64,000 nt of DNA, from positions 65,185 to 129,184 of the forward strand of contig CALVZK010000001.1 in assembly GCA_944372505.1 (NCBI GenBank). The letters run 5' to 3'. The translations under genes were made by a program, and so were the position numbers. This document shows, one piece after another, positions 57,138-64,000 of this stretch (the first letter of the stretch is position 1; each line of letters starts with the position of its first letter). Under the pieces are notes generated by a model that worked only from the letters and a program-made list of their open reading frames with translations, was not told the origin of the DNA and searched no databases. This stretch comes from an uncultured Clostridia bacterium (GTDB lineage Bacteria; Bacillota; Clostridia; Christensenellales; UBA1242).

Positions 57138-58180
57138 ATTGATAAATCATCTCCTTTTAAAGCCTCTATTCCAAGTTGCATTATTTTGTTTTTATTTTCT
57201 TCTTTTTCGTCACTATTTTCAACAATTGATAAAAACTCTGCTTTAAAAGATAGTTTTTCATTTCTAATTTTATTAAAATCTATTTTTATTTTTGAATCGT
57301 CAATAATTTCAAAATAAAAATATTTAGAAAATTCATCTTTTAACACAGATAAAAACTTATTTGTTTCTTCATCAAAATATCCCGTCAAATATACTCTTAT
57401 AAGGTCTTTAAATGAACAATCTTTTAACAAATTTAGAATTGCATTTTTAATTTGATCAAATGTCTTTAAATAAGTTATATCACAATATTTAATAACATAT
57501 TTTCTTTTTGAAAATGGTATAAAATTAATTAATAAATCGTTTTTATTTACATTAACACTAACATATCCTTTTTCTCCACACTCATCAAAACCATTAGAAA
57601 ACAAACAACCAGGATAACAAATCTTGCATCCATAAAAATCTTCTAAATGATATGAATGAATGTGCCCCAAAGCAACATAATCAAATGTATACATGCTGAG
57701 AAGATTTTTTATATCTAAATAATCTCTAGACTTCTCATTAAAAATATCTCCATGCCCTAAAAGAATATTTATTTGCGTTTTATCAAAAAATTCTTTTAAA
57801 TCTTCTTTTTTTACATGTGCACTCCAAAAAGTTACTCCATCATAATGATATTTTTTATTAACTTCATCTAAAATAAAAAAATTGGGAGCAGATAAACTAC
57901 TAAAATTTAATTTTTCGTCATGATTCCCTATAATATAAATAACAGGTTTCCCGTAATTTAATACTTGTTCAAAAAAGTAATTATAAATTCTTTGTGGAAT
58001 ATTTTTTATATGAAACAAATCTCCAGAAATAATCAAAAAGTCATAATTTTCTTTTGTCGCTATTTCAAAAAGTTCTTTTACTTGCAAAAGTTGTTCTTCT
58101 TTTAATATTTTTTGTTTTTCAAGAGATAATTTTGCATTTTTCACTCCCAAATGCAAATCTGCAGTGTGTAATATTTTCAT
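57134..58180 (-). CDS. metallophosphoesterase, SbcD/Mre11-like (YhaO type)
   Basis: Motifs: ILHTADLHLG, SGDLFH, GNHD, GHGD and GHIH. Its stop overlaps the start of the ATPase gene (ATGA). Confidence 0.8.
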   Translation of the reverse strand: MKILHTADLHLGVKNAKLSLEKQKILKEEQLLQVKELFEIATKENYDFLIISGDLFHIKNIPQRIYNYFFEQVLNYGKPVIYIIGNHDEKLNFSSLSAPNFFILDEVNKKYHYDGVTFWSAHVKKEDLKEFFDKTQINILLGHGDIFNEKSRDYLDIKNLLSMYTFDYVALGHIHSYHLEDFYGCKICYPGCLFSNGFDECGEKGYVSVNVNKNDLLINFIPFSKRKYVIKYCDITYLKTFDQIKNAILNLLKDCSFKDLIRVYLTGYFDEETNKFLSVLKDEFSKYFYFEIIDDSKIKIDFNKIRNEKLSFKAEFLSIVENSDEKEENKNKIMQLGIEALKGDDLSI

Positions 58181-58227
58181 ATTATCCTCATTGAAAATAT
58201 TATAACAAAATAAATAAAAATAGGCAA

Positions 58228-58254
58228 ATAAAAAAGACTCTAATCAGAGTCTTT
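58228..58254 (-). terminator. intrinsic terminator after the DUF4097 gene
   Basis: On the minus strand, AAGACTCT-GATT-AGAGTCTT is followed by TTTTATTT. Confidence 0.65.
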
Positions 58255-59683
58255 AATTTATATTAATTAAACCAATATCTATTTTACCTTCAGACTTAAT
58301 TGTTATATATTTTGTTCCATTATTTATAACTAAAGGATTTTCAAAAGGTTTATCTTGTAATAAAAAATTAATATTTTTATCATTTCTGTAACTGTTTTCA
58401 TTGTCATATATTCTTAATATAAATGCTAAATTGCTTTTTAATTTTAAGTCAATTTTCCCTGAATTACTATAGAATTTAAGTTCTTCATTTATGCTATCAA
58501 CTTCATATATAATATCAATATTACCTGAAATAGTTTTTACTTCCATATCATCATTATAGGAATGAATGTATACATCTCCAGATGTTGTCTCTATCCAAGC
58601 TTTTCCATTTAAAGAATTAATAGTTATATTACCGCTAGTACCATGAATATAAGCTTGACTATCAAGGGTCATATTTTCTATTTTGATATCTGCTTTATTG
58701 GCATAAGGAAAACTTAGGTTTCCATCAAGATTTTGAATTTCAATTTCAGCATCATTCATTTGATTAATAGTATTATTAGCATTTATACTTCCGACAACGT
58801 TATTAATAGTTAAATAGCCACTTTTTAAATTTAAATTAATGTTACCAGAAAGTTTTTTAGCATTAAATATACCATCAACAATATTTAAAATTATGTTTGA
58901 ATTATCTTTGTCATTTCCAACATAATTTACGTCTTTAAATTCAAACCTTCCCTCTTTAGAATTAATTATTAACTTATTAGATAAATTGATTGTTGCTAAA
59001 TCTGCAGTAACACTTCCATTTGTACTAATAAAAATATTTTGAAAATTATTTTCTAATTGGGATCTAAACTTAACTTTTCCACCATTTTTTGTTATGTAAA
59101 GATTATTAATATCTAATATGCTTGAAATACCAATTTCTTCTTCATTCTCTTCTAGTTTTTCATTATTTCCTATAAAAACATTACCTGAAGTGTTGTTTAT
59201 ATTAATTTGAGTTTGCGATAGATTATAATTTAATTTGGCAGAAACTAATAGGTAAATAGTAATATTTTTATTAAATTTTAAAAATCCATCAGGTTCATTT
59301 ACTTCTATATTTAAAACAGAATTCTCATCTGAATAATAAACTTTGTAATCAAAATTTGTATTTGCAGAAGCACTCGCAAATCCACTTGCATAATTAGTTA
59401 TTCTTACTCCACCATTATCTACCGTTGTATCTCTAATAATTTCAATATCAGCAGTATTACAATCAATATTAATTTCTTTCAAACTTTCTAATGTAATAGG
59501 ATCACCTCCACTAGCATTGGTAATAGTTTTATCAAAATTATAAGAATAATATTGAAACCCTAAAATATTTTTAAATGGCGAAAAAAACATTACAACTAAA
59601 ATAACCAAAAAAGCCGCAACAATTAACAAAAGTAATATAAAAAGATAAGTTGTAAAACCTTTTCTTACTTTATTATCAGCCAT
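58253..59683 (-). CDS. membrane-anchored DUF4097-type beta-repeat protein (putative adhesin fold)
   Basis: An N-terminal TM helix is followed by repeated ..SG.I.I.. strands (TSGNITINSLNGKAWIETTSGDVYIHS, ISGNIDI, NSGKIDL). Confidence 0.6.
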   Translation of the reverse strand: MADNKVRKGFTTYLFILLLLIVAAFLVILVVMFFSPFKNILGFQYYSYNFDKTITNASGGDPITLESLKEINIDCNTADIEIIRDTTVDNGGVRITNYASGFASASANTNFDYKVYYSDENSVLNIEVNEPDGFLKFNKNITIYLLVSAKLNYNLSQTQININNTSGNVFIGNNEKLEENEEEIGISSILDINNLYITKNGGKVKFRSQLENNFQNIFISTNGSVTADLATINLSNKLIINSKEGRFEFKDVNYVGNDKDNSNIILNIVDGIFNAKKLSGNINLNLKSGYLTINNVVGSINANNTINQMNDAEIEIQNLDGNLSFPYANKADIKIENMTLDSQAYIHGTSGNITINSLNGKAWIETTSGDVYIHSYNDDMEVKTISGNIDIIYEVDSINEELKFYSNSGKIDLKLKSNLAFILRIYDNENSYRNDKNINFLLQDKPFENPLVINNGTKYITIKSEGKIDIGLININ

Positions 59684-59756
59684 TTTACCCTCCCCAAAAT
59701 AAAAAGTTAACTATATTATTATTATAACACAATTAAAAAACAATTACAATAGCATT

Positions 59757-61574
59757 TTAATCTAAAATAGCTTTAATCCTTCTAATACCACTAGCACATG
59801 ACTCTTCTTTTATAATTTTAAAATGATTAAGTTGTTTAGTGTTTTCCGCATGGGGACCACCACAAATTTCTTTGCTAATATTGCCTATTGTAAAGACCTT
59901 TACTTCTTGTCCATATTTGTCAGTAAAAGTACCGTGAGCCCCATTTTCTTTAGCTTTATCAATAGACATAATTTCACATTTAACAGGTATTGCTTGATTT
60001 ATTACATTATTTACAAAATCTTCTATGTTATTTATTTCTTCACTTGTCATTTTATGATCTAAATTAAAATCAAATCTTAGTCTATCTGGAGTAATATTTG
60101 ATCCTTTTTGTACAACATTTTTACCATAAAAATGTTGTAAAGCTGCTAAAAGTAAATGTGTGGCTGTATGCAAATAAGCAGATTGAATAGAAGAATCTGC
60201 AAGACCTCCTTTAAAAACTTTATCAGATTGATCACGAGATTTTTCCTGATGTTCTTTGAACATCTCGTCAAATTCATCTTTACTGACCATAAAGCCTCGC
60301 TCTTTAGCAAGTTCCTCTGTTAATTCAAATGGAAAACCAAATGTATCATACAATCTAAATGATGCCTTCCCACTTATTTTTCTTTCTACTATTTCTCCTT
60401 TTAATTTAGCAAATTGAATGTGTTTTTCAATGCCATTTATAACTTTCTCAAATTCCTTATGTCCATCTTCAATTACTTTTGAAAATTTTGAAATTTCCTT
60501 ATCAAGTTCATCTTTAATAAATTGTCTTTTACTTTCTATATCTTTATAGTATTTTCCATATTCATCCACATAAATATCTACAATATCCTTAAAATACTTG
60601 CTATCAAATTCAATATTTCTAGCACAATTAATAGATCTTCTTATAAATCTTCTCAATATATATCCTTGTCCGAGATTAGAAGGAACTACTCCTTTAATGT
60701 CTCCTAGAATAAATGTCGATGCTTTTAAATGATCTGCAATAATACGATAACTTCTTTTGCTTTTTCCATCACCTTCATACTTTAATTTAGCATTTTTTTC
60801 TATTAAGCTAATAACATCTTTAAATACACCATAATCGTAAACGCTTTTCTTATGATTTAAAACAGAAACAACTCTTTCTAATCCCATTCCTGTATCAATA
60901 TTTGGTCTAGATAAATTTTGGGCTTGCCCATTAGGTTCATCTATTCTATATTGCATAAATACATCGTTCCAAATTTCTAAGTATTTTCCACAGTTACAAG
61001 AAGGAGAACAGTTTTCGCAACATTTTTCTTTTCCTGTATCGTAAAACATTTCGCTGTCAGGACCACATGGACCTATTCCACTTCCAAGTCCCCACCAATT
61101 TTCTTTTTTTGACATATAAAAAATTTGTTTAATGCCACATTCTTCCCATGCGTTAAATGCTTCTTCATCTTTAGGGGCAGTTTCATCACCCTTAAAAACA
61201 GTTACCGCCAATCTCTCCACTGGTATATTTAAATAGTCTTTACTTGTTAAAAACTCAAAACTTAATTTTATCATTTCTTTTTTATCACATTTACCTAAAG
61301 TCCAACAACCTAACATCTCAAACAAAGTTAGATGACTGTCATCCCCAACTTGATCAATATCATTAGTTCTTAAACATCTTTGTACATTAAAAATTTTATC
61401 ACCTGCAGGATGAGGCTCCCCTAAAAGATATGGCACAAGTGGATGCATACCAGCCGTAGTAAATAATACTGTTGGATCGTTTTCTGGAATAATTGAAGCA
61501 TTTTCAATTTCTTTAAATCCATGATTTATAAAAAACTTTTTCCATAATTCTCTTAACATTTCACTAGTAAACAT
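59757..61574 (-). CDS. alaS: alanine--tRNA ligase, short form (catalytic + tRNA-recognition + editing domains, no C-Ala domain)
   Basis: Motifs include FTTAGMHPLVPYLLG, QRCLRTNDIDQVGDDSHLTLFEMLG and EIWNDVFMQY. The editing-site motifs are HTATHLL and CGGPH. I chose the ATG at 61574 (SD AAGAGGAA) over 61604. Confidence 0.8.
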   Translation of the reverse strand: MFTSEMLRELWKKFFINHGFKEIENASIIPENDPTVLFTTAGMHPLVPYLLGEPHPAGDKIFNVQRCLRTNDIDQVGDDSHLTLFEMLGCWTLGKCDKKEMIKLSFEFLTSKDYLNIPVERLAVTVFKGDETAPKDEEAFNAWEECGIKQIFYMSKKENWWGLGSGIGPCGPDSEMFYDTGKEKCCENCSPSCNCGKYLEIWNDVFMQYRIDEPNGQAQNLSRPNIDTGMGLERVVSVLNHKKSVYDYGVFKDVISLIEKNAKLKYEGDGKSKRSYRIIADHLKASTFILGDIKGVVPSNLGQGYILRRFIRRSINCARNIEFDSKYFKDIVDIYVDEYGKYYKDIESKRQFIKDELDKEISKFSKVIEDGHKEFEKVINGIEKHIQFAKLKGEIVERKISGKASFRLYDTFGFPFELTEELAKERGFMVSKDEFDEMFKEHQEKSRDQSDKVFKGGLADSSIQSAYLHTATHLLLAALQHFYGKNVVQKGSNITPDRLRFDFNLDHKMTSEEINNIEDFVNNVINQAIPVKCEIMSIDKAKENGAHGTFTDKYGQEVKVFTIGNISKEICGGPHAENTKQLNHFKIIKEESCASGIRRIKAILD

Positions 61575-61631
61575 AAATTCCTCTTTATCTTTTGATATTA
61601 ACATAAAAAACTAAAAAAATCAATTAAATTA

Positions 61632-62369
61632 TTATTCGTAATCAACATCTTTTAAATATAATCCTCCTGCCGGCATTGTTCTTCCTGCCGAAGCCCTTTT
61701 GCCATTTTGTAGAGCATCATAAATATTGTCATAATTTAATAAACCTAAACTATAATCCACTAAAGTTCCAACTATGATTCTTACCATATTATACAAGAAT
61801 CCATTACCACATACAGTAACATAAATGTAATCTTCAATTTTTTCAATTTTTATATCATAAATTTTTCTTATAAAATTCTCCGAGCAGGTATTTGCAGAAC
61901 AAAATCCCCTAAAATCATGTTCTCCTTTAATCCAATTTGCACACTCTCTCATTTTATCAATATCTAATTTATCTTTAATTTTTCCTGTTTTATAAGCCAT
62001 AAAAGCATTTTTTCTATCACAATTTGAAATTTTATATAAATAATACTTTTTCTTTTGAGAAAAACGTGCATGAAAATTTTTATCAACTTCTTTAACATCT
62101 TTAATATTAATATCTTCTGGTAAAACTGAATTTAAAATTTTAGGAATTTTTTCAGTTGGTACTGGTAAACTTAAATCAAAATGTGCTTTTTGATTTAAAG
62201 CATGAACACCAGCATCTGTTCTTCCGCTACCAAAAATTTCTATATCAATTCCAAGAACTTTTTTTATAGCATCTTCAATCTCGCCTTGTATTGTTTTTTG
62301 ATTTGGCTGTTTTTGCCAACCACAATATCTAGATCCATCATATTCAATTGTTAACAATATTCTTTTCAT
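61632..62369 (-). CDS. truA: tRNA pseudouridine(38-40) synthase
   Basis: 245 aa. Motifs: YDGSRYCGWQKQ, the catalytic GSGRTDAGVHA, and F..HMVR-like FLYNMVRIIVG. Confidence 0.93.
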   Translation of the reverse strand: MKRILLTIEYDGSRYCGWQKQPNQKTIQGEIEDAIKKVLGIDIEIFGSGRTDAGVHALNQKAHFDLSLPVPTEKIPKILNSVLPEDINIKDVKEVDKNFHARFSQKKKYYLYKISNCDRKNAFMAYKTGKIKDKLDIDKMRECANWIKGEHDFRGFCSANTCSENFIRKIYDIKIEKIEDYIYVTVCGNGFLYNMVRIIVGTLVDYSLGLLNYDNIYDALQNGKRASAGRTMPAGGLYLKDVDYE

Positions 62370-62528
62370 GCAATTATTATATATTAATTTAAAAAAAACA
62401 CCAAATAAATAAATTTAATAATTTATCTTTAATAAAAAACGTTTAATTTAAATCATAGAATTTTTAACAATCATATAAATATTTGACTAAAACAATAAAA
62501 AAATATATACTAAAAAACAGGAGAAATT

Positions 62529-64000
62529 ATGTTTAAAAAAATAATTGACGGTAATGAAGCCACTTCTATGATTGCTTATAAACTATCAGAAATAATTCCA
62601 ATATATCCTATTACACCTTCAAGTCCTATGGCTGAATATTGCACATTAAATAGTACAAAAGGTGAAAAAAATATTTTTGATGAAACTGTTAAAGTAGTAC
62701 AAATGCAATCAGAAGCTGGAGTTGCTGGAACTTTACATGGTGCACTTCTTTCCCATAGTTTTGCAACGACTTTTACTTCTAGTCAAGGTCTACTTTTGAT
62801 GATTCCAAATATGTATAAAATTAGTGGAGAATGTTTGCCGGGAGTAATTCATGTTAGTTCTAGAGCGGTAGCTTCTCATGCCCTTTCAATATTTTGTGAT
62901 CATTCTGATGTAATGGCAACAAGAATGTGTGGATTTATCATGATCGCATCTAGTTCGGTGCAAGAATGTCATGATATGGCTTTAGCAAGTCATGCTTTAG
63001 CTATGAAGAACTACTTACCAGTGCTTCATTTTTTTGATGGATTTAGAACAAGTCACCAATTACAGAAAATAGATGTTTTTGATGATAGTGAAATAAAATT
63101 TGTAATTAAAGATTATTTTCAAAATTTTAAGAATGATTTTGAAATAAAACAATTTGGTACTTCACAAAATCCCGATGTTTTTTTCCAAAATAGAGAATCA
63201 AATCAAAATAAATATAATTCTATAAATAAAAATTTAAAAAAAATTTTTAAAGATATAGAAAAAGTTTCAGGAAGAAGTTACGACTTTTTTGAATATTACG
63301 GTTCTAAAAATGCAGAAGAAATAATTGTTGCAATGGGTAGTTCGACACAAACCATAGAAAAATATCTTGCAGAAAATAAAAATAAAAAAATAGGTCTAAT
63401 AAGAGTTAGAGTATATAGACCATTCGATACAGATGAGTTTTTAAAAAAACTGCCTTCTACAGTTAAAAAAATTACTGTTTTAGACAGAACAAAAGAAAAT
63501 GGTTCTAATGGACCTTTAGCTCTTGATGTTTTAAGTGCTGTTTCAAAATTGAATAAAAGAATACTTTGTATTTTTGGAAGATATGGTCTGGGAGGAAAAG
63601 ATTTTGATCTAGACAATGTAAATTCAATATATCAAAATATGCACAGTGATAATTACAAAAACAATTTTACTATTGGTATAATAGATGATAAATTTAATTC
63701 ATCATTACCTTCTTACAATTATAAAGAAAAAAATGAAAACTTTGAAATCAAAATTTTTGGACTGGGCTCTGATGGCTCTGTTTCTGCAAGCAAATCAACA
63801 ATTAAAATATTAGGAGAAAATTATAATAAGTTTGTACAAGGTTATTTTGAATATGACTCAAAAAAATCCGGTAGTTTAACAATTTCTCATTTACGATTAT
63901 CAAATAATCCAATCAAAGACGATTACTTATTAAAATCTAGTAATGTTATAATGATAAATAACTTTTCATTTGTTACAAGATATAATTGTTTAAAAGATTT
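62529..64000 (+). CDS. pyruvate:ferredoxin (flavodoxin) oxidoreductase, N-terminal ~490 aa (continues past the window end)
   Basis: Not in the ORF track because it is open-ended. ATG at 62529 after AGGAGA. The sequence reads MFKKIIDGNEATSMIAYKLSEIIPIYPITPSSPMAEY...QMQSEAGVAG.LHGAL...TSSQGLLLMIPNMYKISGE..P.VIHVSSRAVA...LSIFCDHSDVMATR...HFFDGFRTSH. Confidence 0.9.
   Translation, partial: MFKKIIDGNEATSMIAYKLSEIIPIYPITPSSPMAEYCTLNSTKGEKNIFDETVKVVQMQSEAGVAGTLHGALLSHSFATTFTSSQGLLLMIPNMYKISGECLPGVIHVSSRAVASHALSIFCDHSDVMATRMCGFIMIASSSVQECHDMALASHALAMKNYLPVLHFFDGFRTSHQLQKIDVFDDSEIKFVIKDYFQNFKNDFEIKQFGTSQNPDVFFQNRESNQNKYNSINKNLKKIFKDIEKVSGRSYDFFEYYGSKNAEEIIVAMGSSTQTIEKYLAENKNKKIGLIRVRVYRPFDTDEFLKKLPSTVKKITVLDRTKENGSNGPLALDVLSAVSKLNKRILCIFGRYGLGGKDFDLDNVNSIYQNMHSDNYKNNFTIGIIDDKFNSSLPSYNYKEKNENFEIKIFGLGSDGSVSASKSTIKILGENYNKFVQGYFEYDSKKSGSLTISHLRLSNNPIKDDYLLKSSNVIMINNFSFVTRYNCLKD

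Overview
This is a gene-dense, very AT-rich chromosomal segment; by eye only the tRNAs and a few leader regions are GC-rich. It uses the standard genetic code and holds about 60 protein genes and 10 tRNAs, mostly on the minus strand. The content points to an endospore-forming Firmicute (Clostridia-like) with a compact genome. The sporulation genes spoIIAA-spoIIAB-sigF, spoVAC-spoVAD-spoVAE and yunB sit among core housekeeping genes: asnS, archaeal-type aspS, clpX, clpP, tig, gap, rpiB, rsfS, a yhbY-like gene, obg, nth, lysS, pnp, rpsO, a long RelA/SpoT homologue, recJ, sigA, dnaG, lgt, truA, a short alaS and a PFOR gene. The accessory-looking blocks are: (i) a Rho-like ORF, a 10-TM metal transporter and a beta-solenoid repeat protein; (ii) MarR plus a heterodimeric ABC exporter plus a fused MacB-like ABC protein; (iii) NfeD/SPFH; (iv) a MerR regulator, a YgjV-GNAT fusion, a YhaO/YhaN-type (SbcD/SbcC-like) pair and a DUF4097 protein. 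I found no rRNA, CRISPR array, transposase, integrase or prophage. I do not see a complete, convincing novel multi-gene system. The most unusual single items are a Rho-derived protein with no P-loop, a long RSH enzyme with a degenerate hydrolase domain, a stand-alone tRNA-Leu with an AAG anticodon, a short AlaRS lacking the C-Ala domain, an uncharacterised beta-solenoid protein, and an SMC-like ATPase whose coiled-coil apex is a transmembrane hairpin. All calls come from reading the sequence and from remembered family motifs; no database searches were run.
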